A DNA stretch of 64,000 nucleotides, from contig NC_043018.1 of the NCBI RefSeq assembly GCF_006345805.1, forward strand, positions 9,052,001-9,116,000, written 5' to 3'. A program made the translations under genes and the position numbers. Under the pieces are notes generated by a model. The model was not told where the DNA came from, ran no database searches, and saw only the letters and a program-made list of their open reading frames with translations. Shown piece after piece: positions 38,261 through 50,011 of this stretch (position 1 is the first letter of the stretch; the number at the start of each line of letters is the position of its first letter). Origin of the DNA: Octopus sinensis (Eukaryota).

Positions 38261-41166
38261 CACCAACAACAACAACAACCTTAAGTAAACTGAAAGAATC
38301 GGTCGGAAAGAAATATTGAACCAATTCACTGTCTTCAATGGATGTCATAGAGATCATAATTAACTTCATTTTAACTGCCACTTTTCAATGCTTGTAGGAC
38401 TCAATAGGTCTCTTCAAGCACGGCATGTCACCCAACGATTCAAAGTACTTTTTAAATGGCCTGGTTACGCGACACTGATGTAGACTGTGATCTCACTTTA
38501 CTTGCTGGGTCTTCTCAACCACAGCATATCTCCAGAGGTCTCGGTCTTGTCATTGCCTCTGTGAGGCCCAACGTTCGAAGGTCATGCTTCACCACCTCAT
38601 CTCATGTCTTCCTGGATCTCCCTCTTCCATGGGTTCCTTCCACTGTTAGGGAGTGACAGTTCTTCACACAGCTCTCCTCATCCATACGCAGTACATGACC
38701 ATAACCAGCAAAGTCGTCTCTCTTGCACACCACATCTGATGCTGCTTACATCCAGTTTTTCTCTCAGGGTGCTTACACTCTGTCGTGTGAGCACACTGAC
38801 ATTATACATCCAGCGGATCATACTAGCTTCATTTCTTTCAAGCCTATGCATGTCTTCACCAGTTTATATATATATATACATATATAAAATTCTGAACTCA
38901 TCAAAAAAGACAAACTATATATAATACATATATGCATGTATAGATATGCACACTAAGATATATATACAAACACACATGTATATATTGGGTTGTCAGACAA
39001 ATTCATCTGGTGTTTTTTTTTATCCATTCATGGTATTCCTTTCCAAAATTATTTGAATTTATATGAAAATTACTTTTATCATAGTTATACTAATATTAGC
39101 ATCAAGCAGTGCTTAGGCATAAGCAAGCTTTTTTCCCCTCACTGAAAACTCATTCAAATAATAACCAGTAATTAACCTTCGTTGCAATTAGTGGTCTTAC
39201 TAAATAATTTCCATGCAAATTAAAATTCTCAGAATGTCGTTTCTTTATAAGGACATTAAATTAAAATAAATGTATTGTCATAAAATTTTTGTGAACTGAA
39301 TGTGAAATTCCATTGTAACATTTCCAGGAATGAAATTCCTGAAAACCACACAGAAAAGAAAATCATGAAACAATGCAAGCGTCTGTTAGGTTTTTGTTTT
39401 GCTTTGTTACCAGGACACAATCTGCCCTCCCTCACAGCTCATTGAGAAATGATTTAAGAGGTATGTATGTGTGTGTGTATACACACATAGACATGCAAAT
39501 ATATATATATAAAAACACATACATCTCTATACACACACACATATCTATCTATCTATCTATATATATATATGTATCATCATTTTTTAACATCCGTCTTCCA
39601 TGCCTTCAATTCTTCAACAGGATCCAACAGGCTGGAAGACTGTTGTGCACCAATGGTCTCAATGGTTGGATGTTCTTCTCAATACTAACCACTTTACTGA
39701 GTGAACTGAATGCATTTCTTCAAAGCACCAGCACCAGTGAGGTCACCCCACATAGCTCACAAAACTAAGATCCTGCTAAGTGTTCAGAACTATGAAAAAA
39801 GAGGTGGGATTAAATTTTTTGCTGTAGAGGAGATACAGGTCTACTTTGTATTATATGGCAGCAGGTAATCCGAGAGGAGCAGGAAAGGGAGATGAAGATG
39901 ATTGAGGGGGGGGGTGTTAGGGTGAGCTCTTAATGTGCAAGAAGGTGAATAAACCTGAATAGGAAGGGAAGCACATGAGGGGTGGGTGGAAAGAAGTTGC
40001 AAGAAGAATGGAGTGAGGCAAGGTCTGAGATGGGGTAGTGGAGATGAATATAATGAACAGGGTAGAAGGAAGGAGGGGTGGTTGATGATAAAATATGAAC
40101 TGAACTTATATAAAGTGTGATGTGTACAATCCATCAATCGTTAGGCTTATATAATACAATCACTGAGAAAATACAAGAAAAAAACGTTAGTAAATATTCG
40201 AAGCGGAAGAGGGATAATTCCCTTCTTGGAAACCATGTCCCTTAAACTAAAAGGTTTGAATGAAGTGGGCAAGAAAAAAGCTCAAGCTACAGATGAAAAA
40301 ATATTTTTAATGTTGTGTGTATAAGGTTTTATTTTGGGTGTGTGTGTCATCTAGAGGATGTTGAAATCTATATGAATGCAAGTGAGGAGCAGGCCATTAT
40401 GTGCTTAACTGTATCTAATCTGGTGAGAAGGGGTGCCTTCTAATTTCACAACAGAAATTTTTTCAAGATGCAAATTTAGGCTGGTGCAGTTTTTCAGTCA
40501 ACTAAACAGAATCTATGCTTTCTTAACCAGTTGATGTATAGCCTTGATTTTTCTACAACACTTTACTTAATGGTGTGTTTGTTTACATTTGCACTGGTTT
40601 CCAGGAAAGTTGCAGCCCACAAGTGTGGAGTGGTTTTCTTGTCAGTTGCCTGTCAACAAATCTGATTACCGTTGAAGTCATGCGGGATAAGAAATCGCTC
40701 ATTTGAAAAACAGTCAAGGATTGGTGGCAGTAATAACATCCAGCTGGTATATATATATATTATAGATATATGTGTGTGTATACATATATACATATACACA
40801 TGCATATTATAGGTAAATATATATTTTTTAACATTACTTCCTTAGGATTAAGGCTGTTTTGCAGCCTTCTCCATGAAATATTAATTGCAGTATGCTAAAA
40901 ACTATGTAAGTTTGTATTAATATATAGAGTCAGTATTACACAAAACAATTGGGTATTTTGCAAATAAAGTTAGCTTATCAAATCACTGGCGAAATGAACA
41001 ATTCAACTATGTGTGCGTGCAGTTATATATATATATATATATATATATACACGTATGTATATATATATACACGTATGTATATAATATATAATCGTTTTGG
41101 GGTTTTTTTTTAATAGAAAAACATACATTCTGAGAAGAAGTACACTCTAAGTAGAGCTGTCTATAT

Positions 41167-41387
41167 TAATTACTGGTGAAGGCTAGTTTCTAGGGTTATC
41201 CTGGGTTTCTTGCCATAAAGGGTACCTTTCCAATGACCAGCACAGAAAGGAGATAATCCCCATTGTTGTACCGTTTCCTCCATATTTTGAAGAGGCCATA
41301 GGCCAACAGGTTTTAGGGTCAGAAAAAGGTACCCTTTATGGCGAGAAACCCAGGGTAGCTCTAGAAACCGGTCTTCACCAGTAATTA
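41167..41387. mobile_element. Fold-back repeat with about 63-bp diverged inverted arms; same family as 57670-57870
   Basis: taattactggtgaaggctagtttctaggg... at 41167-41229 versus ...tagaaaccggtcttcaccagtaatta at 41325-41387. The left flank is shared with the 57.7-kb copy. Confidence 0.75.
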
Positions 41388-41399
41388 AAATATATATAT

Positions 41400-41575
41400 A
41401 TATATATATATATATAGATGGATAGATAGATAGATAGGTAGGTAGGAAGGTAAGTAGATAGATAGATAGATAGAGGTAGATAGATAGATAGATAGGTAGA
41501 TAGATAGATAGGTAGATAGGTAGATAGATAGGTAGGTAGGTAGATAGGTAGGTAGATAGATAGATAGATAGATAG
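41400..41575. repeat. (TA)n plus (GATA/GGTA)n compound microsatellite
   Basis: Directly visible. Confidence 0.9.
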
Positions 41576-42217
41576 AGCATTTATCATATACATAAATATG
41601 AATAGATCCATTCAAAATTTGGCACAAAGCCTGCAATAAGCATGTGTTCAACCGATGCTTAACTGAACCTCAAAGGACGTAAAGGCAAAGCTGACCTCAG
41701 TGGAATTAGAACTCAGCAATCATTTATAATATTACACACACAAGCATTTATGTCCATGGGTCAGATAAATATATCATCACAACATTGTTTTACAGCCAGA
41801 TGCAATTCCTACCACTAGTCCATACCCATTTCTCAAGCAGGGATATTTCACTGGCACCAAGGCCAGCAGACGATCTGTCAAAGTGTAAATGTAATAACCC
41901 TCCCCCAGCACATGCTTATATAAGGTCAGCTGCGAAAAGAGATGCTGATCTCTGTGGAAGGAACATAAAAGGCTCTCTTGGAGTAGTTGGTGCTAGGAAC
42001 CCTAACCACCTGGTGTACGTATTCTTTACCTTCGCTAATGTTACTACATGCTTGTGGGTGGGTAGGTGGGTTCTGTATATATACACATAACTATATTTTA
42101 AAGGTTTGTGTGTTATAGAGGTCTGTATGCTTCAATATATGTGCTCATGGGCACATAAGCATCATTAATATGTACAAGCATTTATAATATTGCATTTGTG
42201 TGTGTATGTATGTGTGC

Positions 42218-42258
<41 letters not shown>

Positions 42259-42343
42259 TAATCCAAACAAGAAAGCACAAAAAAACACAACAACGCGAGG
42301 ACGTGGAACAAATATAGTATTATTGGACGCTCAGGAAAGGCGG

Positions 42344-42378
42344 GTTTAACGTTTCGAGCGGAGCTCTTCGTCAGAAAC
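42344..42378 (-). ncRNA. Minimal type-I hammerhead ribozyme motif (intact core) in a Penelope-like repeat remnant (about 42255-42430)
   Basis: Minus strand GUUU-CUGACGA-A-GAGC(UCC)GCUC-GAAAC-GUU-AAAC: stem I GUUU/AAAC, stem II GAGC/GCUC, palindromic stem III AACGUU, GUU triplet. Confidence 0.8.
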
Positions 42379-43570
42379 ATAGGAGAAGGGAAGACAGAGG
42401 AAAAAAATCGCCAACGGTACACACGAGGTCACATACTATTTCAAAATCTTTCTGTTAAAACAGTGTTGAAACCATTTGTGGAGAACTTTTTTTTTATCAC
42501 AGATACATCTTTGCTTAATGATACCAAAAATAAAATATAACCAAGTAAAACTTATTCCTGAAGCTCCAACTTATTAATATATATATATTCTCACACAAAC
42601 ATGCATATATTTACAACATTTAAATATTTACATGTATTTATAACATCTACTTACATATTTTCACAGACATAAATCCAAGTTTTTAGAACCTGAAAAGTGC
42701 ATGTAACCACAAGCACGCAGAGTGTAGACAAGTGGTCAAATGTTACCTTTGGCATTCATCATATTCTGGTCTCGTTCACCCAGAGCTGCACGACATAAAT
42801 CGGGTGCATTTTATAAGATTATGCCTCGACTTAAGCTTTTCATAGACTGGGGCCAGGTTATCGGATCTGTTGGTAAATAATGCCCTCCAGTATAAGCCAG
42901 AAAGGGCCGCAAAGAAACGACGGCAATTTTTTACTAGATTCTTCACCCAATTTGCAAATTAATCACTTAGGCGACTTCCAACACCCGTTAAACTCAAGTT
43001 AATTACCGTGGTGATTCCACTCGGGTGGCGTTTGTAATTATTAAGACTAATTAAACTGACTTAATTACTGTTTTATACGATGGATATTTTATAAACAAGA
43101 AATACTTTAGATTCTTTGTAGACCTTCGGAGAGATGGCATATTGTTTCTATGTAGTTTTCTGTTTCGTCGTTGTTTAATTTCTAATTTCTAATTTCAACA
43201 TCTTTATCGAATCGGGGAGAAACGGGAGATATAAAAACCAGTCAATTTGGTTATATTTCTAGTGAGAAGAGACAGTTTTGAACCCGTCACTCTGATTTTG
43301 TCTGAGGTTGACCTTAAGCGTTCGTGTGTCTGAGAGAATTTTAAGTCACTAATTCAATGGATTTGGGCAGTTCAGTTGAGCGAAGAACTGAAACAAAAAT
43401 TCATCTTCGGAACTGAAGAAATCTATCAGCATTTACTTTCATTGAATTACAAATAGGAAAAAAGAAAAACGATATTTGTTTGTTTTTTTGAAAAAATAAT
43501 AGTATTTTATAATAATAAATATTAACAAAATTATAAATACAATGCAATAACTTTACAAAAATAAACATTA

Positions 43571-44437
43571 TTACAAAACAAATGGATAACTCTTCATAAA
43601 GTCCACAAGAAACTTTGGCAAACCTAGCGAGTCTCTCCAATCCTCCTTTGATGAAACAGTAAGATTTCGGTTTTGTTCCAATGAATAATTATTTACAGAA
43701 AGTCGACACAAATGTGCCAAAGAAGGAACTGAATGTAATTTTGGTGTAGTAAGTTCCGAAGAATTGTACCTCTTGTTGTTGCAGTCAACCCACACACAGC
43801 GATGCCCGTTGTTTAAGAGACACGGGTTTCGTCGGTTGGAATAAAACTGTACAAGGTCTATGATACTTTTGAAATGAGGCATATATTTTTCTAACCTTTC
43901 ATCACAGTCTAAATGGAATTCTCCTTTGTTGTATGCGATCCTGACGCTTGTAACTCCTTGCTTCGAACTGACACTCAAAGAATACAAATATTTTGAACTC
44001 GAACTAAATCGTATAAGAAATGTTCCGTGTTTAGAATTCTGAAGCAAAGATTTCGCATCCGCATTACTGATGGATTCGTAAAACCATTTTCCGTTATGTA
44101 AACACTGTTCGTTGTAAGAAAGAACGTGAAGATCGTTAAAGGATTCTTGGGGCAGCGATAAAGGAGCACTTGATTCCCATCGCGAACTTGTTTGAACGTA
44201 ACCCCGAATCCTCTTATTATTATTATTAGTAGTAGTAGTAATAGTAGTAGTCGTAGTCGCAGTAGTATCGATCTCCGTGGCTTGGTTACCTGTTGCAGCT
44301 TCTGTACCTCCGAAGTCCTCCGCAACTTGCTTGTTGTAATCCAGCTTGGTAGTGTTACCTTGCGCTTTCTTTGTGATTTTCTCCCCGTGTTTTAAACACG
44401 AGTTGTATAGCTTCAAACAGCAGGAAGACGGAGACAT
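43571..44437 (-). CDS. SOCS2: Suppressor of cytokine signalling, SOCS2/CISH-type (288 aa, SH2 + SOCS box in one uninterrupted ORF)
   Basis: SH2: WFYESISNADAKSLLQNSKHGTFLIRFSSSSKYLYSLSV...SVRIAYNKGEFHLD. SOCS box: VPSLAHLCRLSVN (BC box) and LGLPKFLVDFMKSYP (cullin box). First in-frame ATG at 44437; the track's start at 44488 is GTG. Short N-terminus fits the SOCS1-3/CISH class; exact orthology is uncertain. Confidence 0.92.
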   Translation of the reverse strand: MSPSSCCLKLYNSCLKHGEKITKKAQGNTTKLDYNKQVAEDFGGTEAATGNQATEIDTTATTTTTITTTTNNNNKRIRGYVQTSSRWESSAPLSLPQESFNDLHVLSYNEQCLHNGKWFYESISNADAKSLLQNSKHGTFLIRFSSSSKYLYSLSVSSKQGVTSVRIAYNKGEFHLDCDERLEKYMPHFKSIIDLVQFYSNRRNPCLLNNGHRCVWVDCNNKRYNSSELTTPKLHSVPSLAHLCRLSVNNYSLEQNRNLTVSSKEDWRDSLGLPKFLVDFMKSYPFVL

Positions 44438-44503
44438 GTTTCTAAAAACGATGTCGAAGACGGAGACGACAGCTGTGCTTCGTAACACATGGTTCTCCGT
44501 CCA

Positions 44504-44966
44504 TTTATAACACAGCCAACTTTTTTCCGAGAAAACGAAATAGCATTATTGTAATGAGGAGCGGAGGGAGGAAGAGCGACTATACACGCTGAGGTGGTAG
44601 CAGTCGGAGGGCACTGATGTAATAGAGAGGTATTAGGGAGAGGGAAGGGGAGGCGACAAGCACGTTGCAAATTGGAGGGGGAAGTACGTTTTTCTTAGAA
44701 AACTAAAAATGCTAAGAAAGTGATGAAAGTGAAACAGTATTATCGCTAAAGAGACTTTGCGGTTAACTAGCAAATTCACCGAAAATGTAAATTATCTTCC
44801 ATTTGGGAAAATATAACGCCAACATCTCGTTTCATTCACTTCTGATTTCTAAGGACTTAGTCACTAATTAACGGAATGTGTTTATTTTGAATTATTAACC
44901 AGAAAGTATTAAAAAATGTTTTCCTTCGGATTTTGTTTATTATATTTCCACAGAAGTTTCAAGGAA
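44504..44966 (-). promoter_or_regulatory. SOCS proximal promoter: TATA box plus three GAS (STAT) motifs
   Basis: TATAAA at 44509-44504 (minus). TTCCGAGAA 44525-44533, TTCTTAGAA 44692-44700, TTCAAGGAA 44958-44966. CpG-richer than the surroundings. Confidence 0.55.
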
Positions 44967-46264
44967 CAGGAGGTAGGGACATCTCTATTCTGAAACTCCC
45001 TGGAATGCGTACTTACGCCCTCGAACACACATACACACAGATAAGAGATAGATGCATATACACACAATATATTTATATCGTATGGACATTGTGTGTGTGT
45101 GTATAATGAATGTATATTTAAAATAAAGTGTATGTACTATATATTTAATTTCCATTAAATACACATTATATAAGTATTTATCTTTAATTTATATTACAAA
45201 TATACATGCATGTTTGTAATATGCATACACACACAACTTCGCCGGTTGCCAAACAAAAATGAAAGTAGTTGTAAGGTAATATATATATATATATTTACGT
45301 GTTTCAGTCATTAGACTGCGGCGATGCTGGGGCAACGGTTCGAAGAGTTTTTAGTCGAATGTATCGACCCCCATACTTATTTTTTAAAAGCCAGGTACTT
45401 ATTGTGGGATGGTTTTGCCGAACCGTTAAGTTACGGGGACGTAAACACATCAGCACCGGTTGTCAAGAGGTGGTGGCGGTTCACAGACACATACATATAT
45501 GGTGGTGGTGGTGGGGGCAAATTAGTAACCGGGGTAAAATGAATTCTCGTTGATTTATTATTTTTTTTATTTGTTTCAGTCATTTGACTGTAGCCATGCT
45601 GGAGCACTGCCTTTAGTCGAGCAAATCGACCCCAGGACTTATTCTTTGTAAGCCTAGTACTTATTCTATCGGTCTTTTTTGCCGAACCACTAAGTTAAGG
45701 GGACGTAAACACACCAGCATCGGATGTCAAGCGATGTTGAGGGGACAAACACACACATAGATACTTATACATATGACGGGCTTCTTTCAGTTTCCGTCTA
45801 CCAAATCCACTCACAAGATTTTCGTCGGCCCGATGCTATAGTAGAAGACACTTGGCCAAGGTGCCACGCAGTGGGACTGAACCAGGAACTATGTGGTTGG
45901 TATGCAAGCTACTTACCACACAGCCACTCCTGTGCCTATGCTTATCACACAGCCCTCCACACCTGTTTAAACTCATTACAATGCAAGTATTGCATCGTGA
46001 TTATGTATAGTTGCATTATCTTCAAGTGTAAAAATTAGTCAGCATTCTTATGACTGAGTCCGAAGCAGGCAGTTGACAGGTATTTTTTCCAAAATATTTT
46101 CCTCCACCCGATTGTAATTAAGGTTGTTATTCTTTACTCTATTGGTTTCCGTCTACCAAATACCCGAGGTATTGTAGAAGACACTTGCCCAAGGCGCCAC
46201 GCAGTGGGATTGAACCCCATGACTCATATGGTTGGGAAGCAAGCTTCCTACAGCCATGTCTACG

Positions 46265-46490
46265 CCGAGTTGGCAGACACGTTAGCGCGCCGGGCGGAAT
46301 GCTTAGCGGTATTTCGTCTGTCGTTACGTTCTGAGTTCAAATTCCGCCGAGGTCGACTTTGCCTTTCATCCTTTCGGGGTCGATAAATAAAAGTACCAGT
46401 TTCGCACTGGGGTCGATGTAATCAACTTAATCCCTTTGTCTGTCCTTGTTTGTCCTCTCTATGTTTAGCTCCTTGTGGGCAATAAAGAAA
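46265..46490 (+). mobile_element. SINE family C; other copies at 16075-16285(-), 22165-22497(+), 35355-35735(-), 37410-37750
   Basis: Shared GAGTTCAAATTCCGCCGAGGTCGACTTTGCCTTTCATCCTTTCGGGG body and GCCCCTTGTGGGCAATAAAGAAAT tail. Confidence 0.8.
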
Positions 46491-47384
46491 TATATATATG
46501 TGTGTGTGTGTAAATTTGTATATAAAATTTTTTTTTATTTAATTACTCAAATAAAAAATGGAAAAAGAGGAAGGAAAGAAAAAGAAGAGGAAAGCAATAA
46601 ATTAAGAACAAAGGAAGAACCATCAATTCAACTCCAAGAGCCTCAACACACACTTATACACACACACACATATATATGTGCACGCATGTGTGTGTGTGTG
46701 AGAGAGAGAGAGACTTCTGAGGTTCTGGATTTTACTTTCACTTTATTCTGCAACTGTTAGAAAAATTAAAAATTTTTTTTCTAAACCTTGCTATTAAAAG
46801 TTGTCCTTGGACAAAATCTCACCGGGAGTCTGGGAGGCTTTCATCCCTCCCTCATCCCTGCATCTTACAGGCCCATAAAGTAACATGCCACCAGTCAAGT
46901 ATTTGAGTCAATATTTAGAACTAGTTATTTATGGTTATATTAAAGCTTGACACGAGGCAGATATTTTGGATGATGCTGCTACTACTGACCATTACCATTT
47001 CCACCATCACAAAAGTACATCACACTTGACCTAGAAAAATCTTCTGTTGAATGCAACATTGCTGTCGATGTGTGGGCAGAAAATTTTTGCATTATCTTTT
47101 TATATTTTACCCGTTTCAGTCACTGGACTGTGGTCATGCTGGAGTATCTCGACGGTCTGAGTTGAGCAAATTGACCCCCAATATTTGTTATTTTTTTAAA
47201 GTCTGGTACTTTATTCTAATGGTCTTTTTTGCAGAACTGCTGAATTATGAGGGGATGTAAACAAAAGCACACGTGTGTGCTTATTTACCTAAGTTTTAAC
47301 ATCGTCTCCTTCAAAATAGTCACTTTGCATAGCAATAAACTGGACCTAGTGTTCCTGTCACATTTTGAATCTGGCCTAGAATGC

Positions 47385-48370
47385 AGTTTCTGTAAGTGAG
47401 TATAGTGAAGAATTCCAGGTAGGAGTAGGGGTCCACCAAGGATCAGTGCCTTCTTATTTATCATAGTCCTCCAAGCAATAACAGAGGAATTCAAGACAGG
47501 GTGCCCCTGGGAGCTCCCCTATGCTGATGACCTTGCTCTAATAGCTGAGTCACTACCAGAACTAGAAACATGGGCTGTGACTGCTGAGGCATGTAGGCTT
47601 GAAAGAAACGAGGCTTCTTTGCTCTGCTGGATGTGTGTGCATACACTATAGAGTGTAAGCAACCTGAGAGGAAAGTTAGGCATAAGAAGCATCAGATGTG
47701 ATGTGCAAGAGAGATGACTATACTGATATGGTCAGACTCAACACAGGCCTACATCAAGTACCTGGAGGAGGTAGTGCTGCCCTGGGTGAAGAGGGTGACT
47801 GCTAGAAGCCCCTATTTCTGGCAACAGGACTCTGCACCATGCCACACAAGCAGGAGAACACAGTCATAGCTGTCAGACAGTATACTGGTATGGTCATGTG
47901 TTATGTATGGATGAGGAGAGCTGTGTGAAGAAGTGTCACCACACCCTAATAGTAGAGGGAACCTGTAGAAGAGGCAGACCTGGGATGAGGTGGTGAAGCA
48001 TGACCTTCAAACGCTGGGCCTCACAGAGGCAATGACAAACGACTGAGACCTTTGGAGATATACTGTGCTTGAGAAGACCTAGAAAGCCAAGTGAAATCAT
48101 GGCCATAACATATGCCAGTGTTGCATAACCAGCCCATTTAAGAGTACCCTTAAATTGTTGGGCAATATTTTGTGCTTGAGAAGTGAAATTATTGTTGTGG
48201 CCAATGCCAGTACTGCCTGACTGGCACCTGTGCCAGTGCTGGTGGCACATAAAAAGCACCATTTGAGCATAATCGTTGACAGTGCCGTCGGACTGGCTCC
48301 CATGCTAGTGACACGTAAAAACCACCATACCAGCGTGGTCAATGCCAGTGCCGCCTAACTGGCCCACATG
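47385..48370 (+). mobile_element. RTE LINE relic (RT to 3' UTR) with an internal foreign insert
   Basis: VGVHQGS..FIIVLQAITEEFKTGCPWELPYADDLALIAES; WYGHV...GLTEAMTND. Confidence 0.8.
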
Positions 48371-48950
48371 CCACTGGCACGTAAAAAGCACCCACTAGCC
48401 TTGGTGTAATTATTGATGATGCTGTTGTGTAGAACTCGTGAATATGTGCTGTTTTCTACTAGATATAAGTTCTTGGTTTTATCGGAAAAAAGTGCCTTTT
48501 TTTTGGGAACTTTTTATGTAATTGATATCTTTTTTCAGTTTCTGTTGGAAAGTGTTAAATTTTATTTTGTGAGTGTGTGTGCAGGTATGTATATATTTTT
48601 TGGCGAATGTGCAGGTGAGCATGTGTGTGTTTCAAGTGAGGGTGGATGAGTATATACTTATAGGCGCATGTACGTGGGTGTGTGGGCACGCATGTGTAGT
48701 TATGGACATGTGCACTTACGTGAATACTATGACCATTTTTACTCCCTTACCTTTATTCCCTCCCCTTACTTAGGGGTCATTCTAATAGCTCTTTTGTCTT
48801 AATAACGGTCATTTTCATAGTATTTTTTCGATGGCCGGATAACTGAAGAGATGGCGGCGTGGGTTTCCGCCCTGGCATCTGAAACTTGGAGTTTTATCAT
48901 GGCTACTGAATAATTGTCACATATTATATTTACATATATATACATACACC

Positions 48951-49815
48951 TACAGAAAGTGATGGCTAAATTGTCACCATTTTAATTTCATGATGCATGC
49001 AAATTTTTTATTTTATTTTGTTGACTACACAGTATAATAGGGTCAGTTGGGCACTGTCTGAGAAAAACGGCATCATGATGCAATTCACTCTGCCAGAAAT
49101 TTGGACACGACATACTGTACTGCTTGGCATTTGTGCTAGAAGCTCCAATACAAACATTTCAGAGTGTTTGGGTATCAATCTGAGGACATGTGCTGAGAGT
49201 GATGAAAATCAAACATCCAGTCAACATCATGGTGTTTGGAGTGATCATGAGTGATGGTAATGTTATGTCTCCATTCATCTTCCCACATGACCTCAGACTC
49301 AACACAGGCCTACATCATGTACCTGGAGGAGGTAGTGCTGCCCTGGGTGAAGAGGGTGACTGCTAGAAGACCCTATTTCTGGCAACAGGACTCTGCACCA
49401 TGCCACACAAGCAGGAGAACACAGTCATAGCTGTCAGACAATTTCTATGACCACATTACCCTTAACATCTGGCCACCTAACTCCTCAGATTGCAACCCCC
49501 TTGATTATTATGTGTGGGATGCAGTTGAGTGAGAGACCAACAAAACTCCTTGTCACACCAAAGATGAACTGAAGGCAAGAATTGTGGCAGCATTCACCAA
49601 CCCGAACAAGGAGACCATCCAGAAGAGTTGCAGAAGATTCCGAAGTCGTCTGGAGGCTGTAGTTGAAACCAATGGTGATTTTATTGAATAAATTTACTCT
49701 TTCGTATTTCAAGATATTTTTATGTAATTTCTGGTAAAAATATCTGTTAAAATGAAATGTCAGCATCATTTTCATTTTTGCATAATCTAGACGACAGACA
49801 GTTTATTAACCACAC

Positions 49816-49821
<6 letters not shown>
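48951..49821 (+). mobile_element. maT/DD37D transposon, internally deleted; 3' fragment of the same family at about 55480-55700
   Basis: KHPVNIMVFGV...WQQDSAPCH...WPPNSSDCNPLD; 37 residues between the 2nd and 3rd Asp; CACCCTGTA-type ends. Confidence 0.85.
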
Positions 49822-49856
<35 letters not shown>

Positions 49857-49858
<2 letters not shown>

Positions 49859-50011
49859 GAGAAAAAAGCAACAAGAATGGATTAGTTTTTCAGTACAATT
49901 GTTTCATACAAAGACAAGCTTTATTAAAAGCTGCAGCTTTTTAATAAAGCTTGTCTTTGTATGAAACAATTGTACTGAAAAACTAATCCATTCTTGTTGC
50001 TTTTTTCTCGT
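49857..50011. repeat. 155-bp spacerless near-perfect palindrome
   Basis: 77-bp arms centred on CTG|CAG (49933/49934), with one extra T in the right arm. Confidence 0.95.

Noticed and set aside
44438-44488. N-terminal SOCS extension in the ORF track
   Set aside because: It begins at GTG; the first in-frame ATG is 44437.
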